A stretch of 64,000 nt of DNA from Octopus vulgaris (lineage: Eukaryota), in contig OX597819.1 in the NCBI GenBank assembly GCA_951406725.2, positions 1,922,001 to 1,986,000 on the forward strand, written 5' to 3'. Below the pieces are notes generated by a model. The model searched no databases and was not told the origin of the DNA. It saw nothing but the letters and a program-made list of their open reading frames with translations. A program made the position numbers and the translations under genes. This document shows, piece by piece, positions 1-14,480 of the stretch (its first letter is position 1; every line of letters starts with the position of its first letter).

Positions 1-790
1 TAGAGAGGTTTTTCTTGCCATTTATCAGTCAGAATATCTAGGGCAGCAGTTTTAGCACAGGTTTTCATGCGCTTGTTTCTCGCATGCCTAATTTCGGAAT
101 TTGTTGTATTTGGAATTCACTTAGATATTCCTTTGCCTGTTTTGTTACTGAGTATGATACTTTCTTGTTTTCATGTTTTGAGACAAATTTTAACATCCAG
201 TCCTCAGAGTTTTTCAGGTAGGTGTCTAGGCCAATTGTGGCAATCCTCATTGTTAATGCCAGTTGTAAAAGTCCACAGCCACCCTCTTTTTCTCGGCAGA
301 TAAAGTCCTTCTATGTCTGACTAAGGGTGGTGCATTCTATGCATTATCAACAGTTTTCGTATTTTTCTGTCAAGATTACATATTTCAGTAATTGACCAGT
401 TAACGATATTGAAACTGTAAGTCACGACTGGTATGGCTAATGCATTGATCGCTTCGATCCTGTTTCTCGCATTCAGCTGTCTTGAATACTGCTCTTACTT
501 TGCGATAACATTCTCTCCTGATCCTTTCCTTCATCTCTGAATGCCTTATTCCGTCTCCTTCAATTACCCCTAGATACTTGTAGTTCTCCGCTGGGTCTAA
601 TTCTTTTATGACATTCTGCTGGTCAAGGTTAACGTTAGATGTTTCTGTCATTTTTCCTTTGATAAAGGTAGCTTTTGCACACTTATCGAGGCCAAATTGC
701 ATTCTGATGTCATCACTAAATTGTTTAACAATCGCTAGTAAGCCGTTGAGCTGTTGGTCATGTTTTAAAAAAGTTTTAAATCATCCATAC
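1..790 (-). mobile_element. R4/Dong-clade non-LTR retrotransposon fragment (RT palm/thumb), disrupted, continues off the left edge
   Basis: Minus-strand MQFGLDKCAKATFIKG...YKYLGV, followed across frameshifts by AINALAIPVVTYSFNIVNW and HRMHHP. The same motifs occur in the copies at 1469-3854 and 31200-32555. Confidence 0.85.
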
Positions 791-902
791 AAATGAGTTG
801 ATAAATATTTTATATTTTATATTTTTACTATCATTTTTTTAATATTTTTATTATCATTATTATTATTATTATTGTTGTTGTTATTGCTGTTGTTGCTGTT
901 GC

Positions 903-1143
<241 letters not shown>

Positions 1144-1146
1144 CAT

Positions 1147-1463
<317 letters not shown>

Positions 1464-1468
1464 CATTA

Positions 1469-3854
1469 TTCAGTAGTTTTATTTTTATAGCGTGCTTTCA
1501 CTTCACTACCGAGCACAGCTCTGTGTGCCTTGGGTATGTGCTGTGATTTGTTGTGATGCTCTGATGGTTATTGTATGGAAAGTGTTCTGCGTAGGATGTG
1601 TGCAGTGCCTAGTAGTGCAATTTTCTGTATGTTATATGTGTTTGTAAGTCCTGGTGTTTTTGTTATGTATTTGTCTGAATATTTTTTTATCATGCCTAAT
1701 GCACCTACTATGATAGGAATTGTTTCTGTTTTCAGATTCCACATTCTAGTTACCTCTATTTCCAGGTCTTTGTATTTTGAGAGTTTCTCCATTTCTTTTA
1801 GAGACACGTTGTCATCAGCCGGTATTGATACATCAATTAGAAAGCATTTTTTTCTTCATGATCTCTGACAACTATATCTGGTCTGTTGGCCTTAATTTCT
1901 CTATCTGTGTGTATCGGCGTATCCCAGAGTATGGTTGCTTTCTCGTTTTCTGTGACCTTTTCTGGTGTGTGCCTATACCATCTTTTTTCTGTTGTTATTC
2001 CATAATGTTGGCATAGCTTCCAATGTATGTAAGTTCCAACTCTGTCATGTCTGTGAATATATTCCTTCTTAGCCAGGACTGGGCAGCTAGAGATAATATG
2101 ATTTATTGTTTCTTGTCCATCTCCACATATTCTGCAGTTACTTGTAATATTTCTTTTCATTACATGTTTTTGGTAATTTCTGGTGGGGAGGCTTTGGTCT
2201 TGTGCTGCAATTAAAAATCCCTCTGTTTCTGCTTTGAGTCCTGAGCTTCTCAACCATTGCTGGGATTTTTCTTTGTCTATTTCTTTTGCGTTTAGTTTAG
2301 TGCAGTATTTACCATGAAGGGGCTTTTCTTGCCATCGTTTTATCATGGTTCGTTGCTGTTCTATTTTTAGTTTGGATTTCATTTGTTTTATAGCTTTTGT
2401 TGTTTCTTCATCTTCTTCTTCTTCTTCTTCATGTTTATTAGGTGGTATGATTTCTTGTTTGTATTTGTCAGCTTCCTTAAATACTGAGAACAGTTTTTTG
2501 TTTTGCTCGTGTTTTGCCGCTATCTGGATCAGTTTTCCTTCCTTCTGAAGTAGATATTTTTGCAGTCCTATGGTGGTTATTTTATAGTAGTTTTCTAGCT
2601 GTATAAGGTATCTACCACCTTCTATACGTTGTATATATAGTCTTTCTATGTCAGATTTTGGGTGATGCATCCTAGATCCTGTCAGTATTTTTCTTGTTTT
2701 CCTATCTATTTTGGTCAGTTCATTTCGTGCCCAGTTAAGGATATTGTAGCTGTAACTTATAACTGGGACAGCCATAGTGTTGATACCTATTATCTTGTTT
2801 TTAGCATTGAGCTCTGTGTTTAGTATTGATCTAACTCGTCTATAATATTCTTTTTTTATTTTCTCTTTCATTTGTGTGTGTTGTGTCTTATCTAGTTCAT
2901 GGATTCCTAAGTATTTGTAAGTTTGGCTTTGGTCTAATTCTTTTATTTCATTGGTTTTATCTAGTGTGATGTTGTTACTCTTAACTAGTTTTCCTCTTTT
3001 CAGGGTTACTTTGGCGCATTTTTCTAATCCAAATTTCATATCTATTTCTTTGGTAAATCCATGAACTGTCTTTAATAGTGTTTCCAGCTGTTTGTCATTT
3101 GCAGCGTATAGTTTTAGGTCATCCATATATAAAAGGTGGCTGATCGTTTTGCCGTAACATTTATATCCGCATCCAGTTCTATTTAGCATATCAGATAGAG
3201 GTGACAGTGCCAAGCAGAAAAGGAGTGGAGAGAGCGTGTCTCCCTGGAATATTCCTCTTCTAATGGGGATGTCTTTTGTTTTCATGAGTCCCTCTTTTGT
3301 TTGGAGGTGTAGGACTGTTTGCCATTTATTCATAGAATTTTATGATTGTTGGTGCTACTTTGTTAATGGCTAGTGTTTCGAGGATCCATGTGTGGGGGAT
3401 GCTATCAAACGCCTTTTTGTAGTCAGTCCAGGCCATACTGAGGCCTTTCTTCTTTCTGTGGCTGTCTTCAGTTATGGCTTTATTAATCATTAGTTGATCT
3501 TTACAGCCATATGAGCCTTTGCGGCATCCTTTCTGCTCTTCTGGGAACAGTTTGTTTTCGTCCAGGTGCTTGTTCAGCCTTTGTGATATCACTGCAGTAA
3601 ATGCCTTGAACATAGTAGGGAGGCAGGTTATTAGTCTGTAGTTTTCTGGTTTTTCTGTTTCATTTGATTTGGGAATTAAGATGGTTTTCCCCTTCGTGAG
3701 CCATTCAGGCATTGTCTCTGGCTCTGCTAGTACTTTGTTAAAGTTTTCAGCCAGCTTTTTGTGCATTCCTGTTAGATATTTCAACCAGAAGTTGGGGATC
3801 TTGTCATGCCCAGGTGCCTTCCAGTTGCTTAGTCTTTGCAGTGCCTGGGTGACC
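1469..3854 (-). mobile_element. R4/Dong-clade non-LTR retrotransposon, 5'-truncated, near-intact RT, CCHC knuckle and restriction-like endonuclease (RLE)
   Basis: Motifs WKAPGHDKIPNFWLK, DYKKAFDSIPH, QGDTLSPLLF, LYMDDLK, YKYLG, CRICGDGQETINHIISSC, RPDIVV..CFLIDVSIP, KLSKYKDL, LLGTAHILRRTL; (TTA)n on both flanks. Confidence 0.95.
1568..3852 (-). pseudogene. RT/RLE polyprotein of the Dong element, broken by two frameshifts (about 3330 and 1845)
   Basis: ORFs 3326-3784, 1837-3333 and 1568-1807 are collinear pieces of one protein. Confidence 0.9.
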
Positions 3855-3918
<64 letters not shown>

Positions 3919-3926
3919 CATCATCA

Positions 3927-3985
<59 letters not shown>
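3855..3985. repeat. (TTA)n/(TCA)n microsatellite
   Basis: Visible array. Confidence 0.97.
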
Positions 3986-3989
3986 TAGT

Positions 3990-4580
3990 TAACAGCTATT
4001 TTACCTTGTGGTTAGGTAACAAGTCTCTTTGAATCTCAAGAGTTTTCCTTAAGATTCTTGCAGTATATAGGAAGGTGCTTTTCTGCAAATCGACAATGCG
4101 AGTGTCTATTCCAATCTTTTTCATTCTTTTAGGTACCATTTTGGGTGCTGTGCCATGTGCACCAATTATTACGGGAATAATTATTATCTTAATCTTCCAC
4201 TGTTTTCTCAGCTCGCTTCCACTATTTCCTTCAGTTTCTTCGCTATCGATCTGTTATTTGTCTTCTATGATCATATCTAGTATTCTTGCTTCAATTATAT
4301 GGCCAGTCTTTATGGGGAAGTCCTACAGGATCTTATAATTATCACTTTCTCTTACAACCTATGTACGTGCTCAGACCACTTTTCTGTTGTTTTGAAGCCA
4401 TACATTCGGCTAACAGCCCATCGCATATTTGTGCCTATACAGTCATATCTGAGTTTATACTCCTTTTGTACTAGTGTACTGCACTCACTCAAAAGGTGAT
4501 TGATACTTTCGTCATGCTAGTATACTGCACTCACTTAAAATGTGATTGATACTTTCTTTTCCTAGTATCCTGTACTCACT
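3990..4580 (-). mobile_element. Decayed Dong/R4 3' fragment (knuckle and RLE region)
   Basis: Minus-strand ESINHILSECSILA, IIPVIIGAHG and LQKSTFLYTARILK remnants. Confidence 0.75.
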
Positions 4581-6160
4581 GCGACTATGACTACCACAAG
4601 TGCTGTTATTCGACAAGTGCAAACAATTGTAATAAATAATTGAATTGATTGTATCCCATACTATTTCATACCATGACAATTTGGCGCAATACCAGGAAAT
4701 TTTAGAATGAACATATTTTATTAAAATCACTTTTATCGACCTTGGGGAGTGTTAAAAGCAGATTACAAAGATACCGCACAACACTTCGATCCACATTATA
4801 GCACCCTTTATTTTTAACTCCAATTCGCTGCACTCAAGTGTTTTTAAAGGGTCCACTATAAAATATCCCAACTGACTACTTGAATAGAGACCCCGGAAAC
4901 AGCCTTCAATTGGATCATATCAATCTACTTATCTTCAAATTCTCAAAGACATCATCACTACACATATCAAGAAGAATTATTATTGTACCTTATCGCTCCT
5001 AAAAAGTAAAAAAACCGGTTCTAGGATTCTCAAGGTCGTTGCAAAACTATCATTTTCGGTGTCTTCTATCGAACGCAAGTTCTCGACATCGCTAAAGCTG
5101 CATTACTGACTTTCCTCTGCAGAGCTAGAGAGTACTTCCACCCTTGATAACTACTTACCTCATTGAAGTACGATTCTTACATTTCAGACTTTGGTACCGC
5201 TATACATACACTCACTCACTATAACATTCCAATCTCTGGCACACACGTCTGACTTCTGTACTTTCCACCCTACATATGTTTAATTTGCAGCCGTTAAAAA
5301 GGAGTGTTAACTACGTCGATTCCACTGGTATCAGAGATCCTACAGTAGCCAATACATCTCTCCAGATCGAATGAATAAAAATACAAAAATACGCATTTAA
5401 TATAACATAAGAAAACTTAAATAAAAGAGTTCTGAATACGATGAAGTGGAGAATCATGCATTATTGCTACTATAAAACTTGAAACAAATGCATAGAAAAC
5501 CAACGAGTAACACAAGAAAGACTTACGCGGCAATAAACTTAAATTAACGTAAGTTGATACCGTATAACAAAGACTATTAGATTTATCATATTCAGATCAA
5601 TAACAATTGAAGAGATTTCTTGATTCAAATGAAGCTTGAAGAACATAGCATGCAATAACCCCTAAAAATGAAATATTCACAAAATAAACAGTTCCTGTAC
5701 CTTGAAGAGAGCTAAAATCTGATATTACGGCCAGAGTCCTTTCTCTTTAATAGTTATAAACAACATTAATCAACTCGAAGTACTAGAAAGCTTTATAAAG
5801 CAGACAGTAAAGGCAGAGAACCATAAACAAATTGTTGTAAATGAAAATGAAGCATGTAGCGCACAGAATATTTAGAATATATTAACCAAAAATTAAACAA
5901 AATTGCTAAACTATAGATTACCACTAAATTATGATAAACAATTAATTCTTCACAACCCATCTACAAATGAGAATAGCGTGACTATAAAAAATGCAACTCA
6001 AAAGAAACTACTGACATTAATTAACAAAAGCAACATAATACATTATGTTAGTACACAATTAAAAACAGCTAATGCAAGAATAAAACACAAAATAAGATAT
6101 GTTTATGATCAACACAATTAATGAAATGGAAAATTGAAAAATACTTAAACCAGGCGACTG

Positions 6161-6183
6161 AATAAATAAATAAATAAATATAT

Positions 6184-6265
<82 letters not shown>
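6161..6265. repeat. (TAAA)n/(TA)n microsatellite
   Basis: Visible array. Confidence 0.97.
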
Positions 6266-6267
<2 letters not shown>

Positions 6268-7379
6268 TTATGTGTAGGTGAAGAATATCAAATTGTATAA
6301 TAAGCAGGGAATAATAAAACTATAGAAATGAATCTAGCTGCGAAGAACCATTAAAAAGACAGTAAAATTAAAGCGCATTGTTAAGTACAGCGAAAAAATT
6401 CACAATATACACAAAAGAAACAATGTGCAAGGACAAACCTAGAATGTTGATAAAAAAACATCTGTTCTTTGAAAGCATTTTCTCTCCAAACTGTACAATA
6501 GCACCACCACCACCACCACCACCACCACCCACCAAACAATATAATTTTTTTAAAGTATGCAGATACAGAGAAAAGGTTGAAGGAAGGACTAGCTGTCTCT
6601 TTTAGACATCAGTTAGCAATAAAACTAAATTGATAATTTAGTTATATAAAGGTGGATGACATCAAATGTAACATAATAACAGGATGAGTAGTTTGAAAAG
6701 CGTTTCTAACTAAATTTAAATCCAATATTTCTTGACTGAGCTTCTGTAGGCACAATGAATTTGAATGTAATTATTCGACATGCAAGACATAGCGGCTAAA
6801 TCTCAAATATGCCTTCTTAACATGCACGGATATGATGAATAAATCAGTTCTAAATATACTATAAGGGAAGACTGGATGATCATGGATGTAACACCCTGCT
6901 AATGATAAAAGATTCACAAACATCAAACAGAGAAAGTCTGAAAACCGAGTTGTGCCTTGAACAAGACATAATATAATCTCATTGATATAAGCTGACAGCA
7001 CAAAACATCAAAACCTTGCATAAACGAACCTCATATCGCAACAAAACACTACTAAGGTAATGGGAAGCGCCTCCATCATCGCCTTTCTCGTTTGCTCTGA
7101 ATTTAAACAATGAATATAAGCATAAAGGCTTCAAACATAAAATAAACAGCAACAACCATAAGAACCAATATACACCAGTTAACAAAACCAAAAATATCTC
7201 AGTACACACTAACCACATAAAAATGCCTTTATGTAAAAAAATTCACACACGACGTTCTCATAACAATTATTATCCAAACCCAAAACAGGCCACATCAAAT
7301 CCCGAATTTCACGCCTATATTGTAGATCGTATTTAAACTGCTGTTGATACTTCATACCTCATAATATCGCTAAAATCAG

Positions 7380-7750
7380 GTATCCTGAACATAAACAACC
7401 CAAACAATTACTGTCAAACATATTAATAGGAGACATTGAAACATAATAACATTGGAAATATATCTATGCCACCCCTACTCTGACAAATCTCTCTTCTAGG
7501 CTTCCCAACCGAACAACAGCTCAATACCACATTGAGGGGAAACTTCAATGCATATAACAATTATTGGAGTAAAACACACCGAAAACATCATTGGAGAGAC
7601 AATAGTATTAAATCTAGACCACCCTTGTATAATAAAGAACCTACACCAGTAGTTCGATATACGGCACAAGTTCCATTCCAAACATCATATTTTGGGTCTC
7701 ATACATCTAGCCACTGCAACTGCTATTTTCTGATCACCTATTTACAATAT
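7380..7750 (+). mobile_element. Decayed AP-endonuclease domain of an I/Jockey-group LINE ORF2
   Basis: GNFNAYNNYWS (GDFNAH..WGS-like), YNKEPT and SDHLFTI motifs in the expected order. Confidence 0.55.
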
Positions 7751-8872
7751 TTTTCAATAGAAAAGGAAGCAAAACTATATATATATATTGAATCTTTCGA
7801 TGTTATTATTATTATCAAGTTTTTAGATTAAAGTCAAATCGATGTTTTTTAATTAATTTTTTGTTTATTCTATCGTTTGTGAAGGGTGTTGTCTGTTAGA
7901 CTATTGACAATTCAATATCGAAACGATTCATATAGAGAATATATTTATGTCTCCATAAATTGATGCGTTTCATAAAGGTTGGCATTTTGTTAAAGCAACT
8001 TCTTTTACCATATATCTACGCCTATATATTTTACCATATATCTACACTTTGACTCTACCTAAGATTTCAGAATCTTTTTCCAACTACGTGCACATTATCG
8101 GGAATAAAAATGAAATTTAACAGTTGTATTATGAAACTTATGTAAAGAAACTAAGGTACCTATATATGGAAAAAATCTTCGATCCGCGTGTCTGACCGTC
8201 CAACACTTGTGTATACAATGCAAAGCAATTAATAACTCTGAAGTTGACATTTTGTGGTGATATTTCATGAGTTAAAAATATTTACATTTTCGTAGCACTT
8301 CAAGCATAGATAAGAATATATATTTTATCTTTCACCGAGGTCATTTAATGTAAGCGTTTTATTTATACAGCTATTAACTGTGGAATTGCGTCTTAAGTCC
8401 CTTTAAGATGCTAAGTTTTAAAAATCCTTGAAAACTTCAAATAAGGCGAGACAACTCTCTTCGTAGGTGAACGAGAACGAGGGATACTTCATCTCATCGG
8501 CGTCGTATTCCCGAGTCTACTCATCCACGTTGCATTGTACTTTAGCAACAATTTTGTACTATTTTGCAAGCGTGTTATACTATTCACAGTCGTGATAGTA
8601 ATTTTCTAAGTAGCTTCCTCTTACAATATTTCGATGACTTCAAATGGAGAGGTAAGTATTATCGACAGAATTAGTCGGTTCGATTCCTGTCAAAAAGCTC
8701 TGTGATCTAGTCAAATCTGTGATCTTTCAAATCCGGACGAAAAACATATAGTTATGACTCGGACTATATCATTTTTACTAAAACTAGCCAGCCTCAGTTG
8801 ATTAGTGAATTCTTAAGAATTAGGTGGAAAGTATGTGAGTAAATTCTGTCATGGTAGATTTATCTAAATATC

Positions 8873-8938
8873 GGTTTCAAATTTTGGCACAAGGCCAGCA
8901 ATTTTGGGAGGGGGATAAGTCGATTACATCGATCCCAC
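8873..8938 (-). mobile_element. 3' part of tRNA-derived SINE family 1 (duplicated with its flank at 11645-11795)
   Basis: ggtttcaaattttggcacaaggccagc...gtcgattacatcga matches the tails at 51997 and 57465. Confidence 0.8.
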
Positions 8939-9009
8939 TGACCATCGCCTCTTGACATTTTTCTCTTTTGTTTTATTCTATATTTTTCAAAGTTTCTCCC
9001 AGGCGTTAC

Positions 9010-9110
9010 CCATGAGAATTCGTCTTGGCCTAACGGCCCTTAATGCTTGTCTTCGTCAGTTTATACGTCCACTCTGTTCTGGTTTGTTCGTTCGAAGACC
9101 TAACTCACCA
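9010..9110 (+). mobile_element. Possible CR1/L2-type LINE ORF2 C-terminal remnant
   Basis: RIRLGLTALNA..PLC..EDLTH resembles the RLRLGxSxLN..PxC..ExxxH C-terminal motif. Confidence 0.35.
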
Positions 9111-9667
9111 CAAATTTAATATATTTTGAATTTCTGGATGCTGCAGCCTTATGAAGTATTCCCATCTTGTATATATATATATATACATTTTCGCTTAAGC
9201 ACTGCGAGACTAATAACCTGGTGTTTTATTCACACTTTCTCATTGGTAATACCATCCCTGTATATTGCACTTCATATTCGAGGCTCCGATGAAGCTATAG
9301 GATGTTATTCAAGCACTCAGCTACGAGTCCACTGCAGCTTATAGCAGAAGCATAGCTATAAGCTAATGAAGTTCATAACATAACTATTGCTTCTCCTGTC
9401 ATCACTTTTTCTTATACATATATATATATATTGTGTGTGTGTGTGTATATATATGCAAAAATTAGATCGCACTTTCCCTATAGAGAGTACATTGTCACGT
9501 GTTTACAAAGATTAAGAGTTACAGCAAATTCTAACACCAAAAGCTTTGCAGAAAACAAAGGACAGTGATAGAGAAAAGCAAAAAGGAAGAGAAAATCAAA
9601 TATTACCTATCAATTGAAACAAGCGAGGCATCATCAAAGAGGAAAGGAAAATTACACAGCTTACAAC

Positions 9668-9767
9668 AAAGAAAGAAAGAAAGAAGGAAGGAAGAAAGAA
9701 AGAAGGAAGGAAAGAAGGAAGGAAAGAAAGAAAGAAAGAAAGAAAGAAGGAAGGAAAGAAGGAAGGA

Positions 9768-9823
<56 letters not shown>

Positions 9824-9860
9824 AAAGAAAGAAAGAAAGAAAGACGGAAAAGAAGAAAGA
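9668..9860. repeat. (AAAG/AAGG)n purine microsatellite
   Basis: Visible array. Confidence 0.95.
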
Positions 9861-10225
9861 CAACACTTTCATATGATTCAGACTTAATGGTCTCTTATTT
9901 TTGATTTTATTTTCTATCCTTCTCTGATCAATATAAGTCGAGCAGCGTACTTTAATATAATCGTGATGAAAAGATGTAAAGATGAATTTATAACCCATCT
10001 GCAAATAATTTATTCAATGCATTATCTGTTCACGTTCAGAAGAGAGAGAATGATTACTTCTCACCAGTCTTATTCTTAGTGCCTGTATATTTTCTGATAG
10101 ACGTGAGATCCTTCTCTTAAACTACACGTTGGCGTGACACTGCAACGGAAAACAGTCAATATGCAAATTCTGAGCCATAACAGTATATAACATTTCAGGA
10201 AATGACATGATATCAAGATTTATAG

Positions 10226-10228
<3 letters not shown>

Positions 10229-10320
<92 letters not shown>
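10229..10320. repeat. (TA)n microsatellite
   Basis: Visible array. Confidence 0.97.
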
Positions 10321-10324
<4 letters not shown>

Positions 10325-10588
10325 GCACCAAAATTCATTAGATAATTAACTTGATAAGAAATGACATTGATGTCATTTGCTTCAAAAACGTTATTCGAAT
10401 ATATTTGTATCAATATTTCATAGCGGGTAATCATCACCTTCATAACTCTTACCCGTCTCCATCACCACGAACACTACCATTAGTACAGTCACTACCACCT
10501 GTTAGAAGTAGGTCCGTTGTTATTAAACGGGCTTTCGTTTAGCTACTCAAGTCGAGAAGTTCTATGAATAATACCTACCTTCATTATT

Positions 10589-10768
10589 TACATTATCTAC
10601 ATTTGACGGATATTTGTCCACATCTTATATGTTGTTAACACGTTTCGGCTGATGTACTCTCCATCCGACATCACCTGAAACGTTGTGTTAACAACAAACA
10701 AGATGATGACAAATATCCGTCAAATGTAAGTAATGTACTTAATTCTTCATCTCTCAAATATAGACCTG
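10589..10768. mobile_element. Small fold-back element, probably a PLE terminal fragment with 5' inversion
   Basis: Inverted arms of about 58 bp (tacattatctacatttgacggatatttgtc...cgtttc / gaaacg...gacaaatatccgtcaaatgtaagtaatgta); each arm has the GAAACG half of a hammerhead core. Confidence 0.6.
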
Positions 10769-11195
10769 TAATACTTATCTTGTCTAATATTTTAGGCAGT
10801 ATATGGAAAACATTATCTAAGATTTCCTTCTTTTCTAAGATAACATTGTGTGATTTCAAGAATATTTGTCTGCTTTTGGGACTTTAGTAGGTTAAATGAA
10901 AACCGGTAAAACGGTAATTTTCGATTGTGTATTGTGGGGGTGGAGTGGCCGTGCGCGTGCCTCTGTGTGTGTGGTGGGGGGCTCACTATAATCTTTATTC
11001 AAGTGCATTTTGCTGTTCGCGATGGTAAGAGAAAATAGAATCAAGCTGTCCCTCTGCATGATATATATTTTCGAAATATTTGCGGTTTAGAAGAAAAGAA
11101 ATTTCTTGTAACGTCTGTTATGACTATTAGCATTGTTTACAATAACAAAATCTGGCTATAGATAAGTTTCTAGATGTGCGTAATTGAACTCATGC

Positions 11196-11226
<31 letters not shown>

Positions 11227-13589
11227 CACACACACACACACACATATATATATTATATATGCATATATATATATATATACATAACTTTGCAACAATTCTC
11301 AGATAAAGTTGTGAACATCTTGTGCCCAGTCACTGACTGTATAAACTTCTCTCGTCATTTCTATCCCCTTTCGACAGTTTGCTCTTGAGTTTACGACTTT
11401 GTATTTTCTTTTTCTCAACAACCCTAAAATGGCTATCTGTCAACTAGTGAGACACGGATCACAGAGTTGTTGAGCTCAGACAGAAACAATAATTTATCAC
11501 TTGTGATGTCCTCTCCAATAAGCCTCTATACAACTTCTATTCATGGTGTATACATCTCCCTTACTACATCACACACGTGTCGTCAAATCTTTTAGAATTT
11601 CGGCGTAAGGAATTTTATTGCATTTTACCATAAAAAGACGTCTTCCAAATTTTGGCACAAGGCCAGCAATTTTGGGAGGGGTATAAGTCGATTACATCGA
11701 TCCCACTGACCCTCGCCTCTTGACATTTTTCTCTTTTGTTTTACTTTCTTCTCTACTATTTATTCTATATTTTTCAAAATTTATCCCAGGCGTTATTAGC
11801 CCTAATGGCTCTCAACTTTGGGAATAAAAGTTACTTGTTAGATCGTTCCGGGAAGGGTTCAGGTTTCATCTTTGTAAACTTCTCCCTCCGATATAGATAA
11901 TATGATTTTCGATCGTCCCTAACTGCTCTCACATAAACGCTACCCCACCGATGTGTAGATTCATCACGCACAAAGACTTATGGAAACATTTCCTAATTGG
12001 AATATAGCAACATAATTTCTTTGAAATGCCACAATAGATGTTAAGGAAACTATGGTCTCTTCTCATCAACCACTCACAACCAAAACCTACCATAATTTTA
12101 AGCCTCATAGTCTCAGGTGGTTTTTTGAGGTGACTATATATGAAAGGTTGGTTGCAAAGGACATATTTCGACATTATGTGAAGAAACCATTTCAGTATTG
12201 AAGAGCTTCTCACCGAAAATCTTAATGTCAGACCCATATTGCAGTAATGTTCACATAAATGGAAAAAGCAGCTGCTATAGGAACAGACATTCTAAAACAA
12301 ATAACAGGTCATCTGAGGGATTAGCAAATCTTTACTTACAAACACTTTAACTGACCCTGTATTCTGTCCCTGACACCGTTACGGGTGCTTCAGTTTCCGC
12401 TGCACTGTATGAGAAAGTTGTGCACAAACTTAAACATTTCCATCCGAATCACAAAATTTCCTTTTTCTTTTCTTATTGTGACTCAAAATCTTTTACTGCA
12501 ACCCGTTCAATTCATACTTTCCCTGGAGGTATCTCCTTGCAGAAAGTTCAATTGATCATTAAAGACATTGACAAGACCTTCAATTGTTGTGAAGTAAATT
12601 TTTAACGCCTGTGTGAAGCATGTGTCCGTTTTTGCATGCATGTTCAAGTATTTCTATATAATTTGATTTGTCAATAGATACGTATATATAATATTTCTGG
12701 TAAAATCTTGTTCACTATATTGAATATTCGGCTTCTGAGAACGTTAGGGATTTTATTGCTTTCTAGCTTTTTCTTTTTTCTTTTTTTTTTATTCTATGCT
12801 ACTGTTTACGGAATTAGTCTTTGATTTATCGTCTATGCATAGTGAGCAACAGATCTTGGTCTCAGCGACTTCCAATGAAATTAAGAGTAGTAAACTAGAC
12901 AAGTGCCAAACTGAACAGAAACGCTGAGAGCAAATTATACTTGAATATTCTATTTCCGGAATAAAATGTTTGTTTTAGGAATCATTCCTTGTGATGCAAT
13001 ATTAATTCCGTTCTCCAGTTATAATATGAACACCATAACCAATAGAGATTATTTATAGTGATAATTAATTTAACTACATTGATTGAATATCCATGAATGC
13101 AGAAAGCTATCCAGGATTTTTTGGTAGTATCTGCTGTCAGAATGTTGGCTTAGTCAGTTGTAATGCTTCGTGCATTAAATATGTCTGCATAAATTTAACT
13201 TCATTGTCTCTAAATTATTTATTTTCTAACTCAATCTATAAATCTATTTTCTATGCCAGCCAATGCATTTACGAAGTGACTCACGATTAGTTCGGTAAGG
13301 TAGAGTCTATGCTTCACCGACAAGATGAGAATAAAGTCATTACATGTCACACGTTTCTGATTCTTTCCGAAAAAGAAATGGAAATTAGCTGCTTTAATGA
13401 GCTGTATATCAAATGCTATAACATTAAATTACCTAAATATAGACCATAAATAATATTGTATTCAGTAGCTGTCTTTTGTAGTCGCATGGGCTCTTCTACA
13501 CCTAGTTGTTCCATTGGACACAAATTTAATACGAGTGATAATTTATTAAACAATGAAACTTTTTAAAGCAAGTTTGAAAGCACAGAGCA

Positions 13590-14480
13590 ATTTATTCAAT
13601 CAATGTTATAACTATCTGGTTTCGTTCAAGTATATTCTATCTTACTCCAGGAATTTCCGTCTTTACTTACGAAAGCTGTCCCAGGTGAACTCATACATCC
13701 TCTTCAGAGTTGAAGGTACTGAGACAAGTGGATACCTGAAAGTGTTATGTCAGGCGCGAATATGGAAGGTGCGGCAAAACTTCCCAGCCAGGTCCCAGTA
13801 ACTTGTGCTTCATCAGCAAAGAAGTGTGCAGTCTGGCATTGCCATGGCTGGATCGCTGAGTTTAATTTCTCCAGTTGGTCACAGTACGCGTCCGACTTGG
13901 CGGTCCTGTCCGTACAAAAAAGTTTGTAAAAGACAGCATCCTTCCAATCCCACTAAATTTGAAACATAACTTTTCCCCATGATTGTTTCGTCGTCACATT
14001 GCTATAAATGATATATTTCTGTTCCATGTCATCATTCTATTAAAAAATGAATCGTTATCCGCACCTTTCTACAACCAATCAGATATGGAAATTTGTTGGG
14101 AAAGGTTAGCTTTATTCAACAGATGCTGAACCCAAATATCGAGTCTACTTAGGTAATTAAGTTAATGCAGATAATTTTCAACACGCAATGTGAATTGCTG
14201 CAATCATCCTAGTCGTATAACTTGGGTTGTCGCTGTTAATTTCAGTTAACCAGCGAGGTTCAAGCATTCGGTGTCGATATCCGTTTTGGCTTCCCATTTT
14301 CAAGCTGATTCCAAGCACACAAAATATAACCTGTACCGTACAAAGTTCGCGTCGAACTACGTCGAAGTGCCAAGTACCTAAAGAGTACGTATGCACAAGG
14401 GACAGACTGAAGTCAGCTACTTTAACGTTTAGTGTCGACAAAAAGTGAAAGGCCATTTATGACTGACCAATACAAATTAG
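13590..14480 (-). mobile_element. Decayed mariner transposase remnant
   Basis: Minus-strand WDWKDAVFYKL, YCDQLEKL, GNARLHT and GWEVLPHLPYS motifs with stops and frameshifts. Confidence 0.75.
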
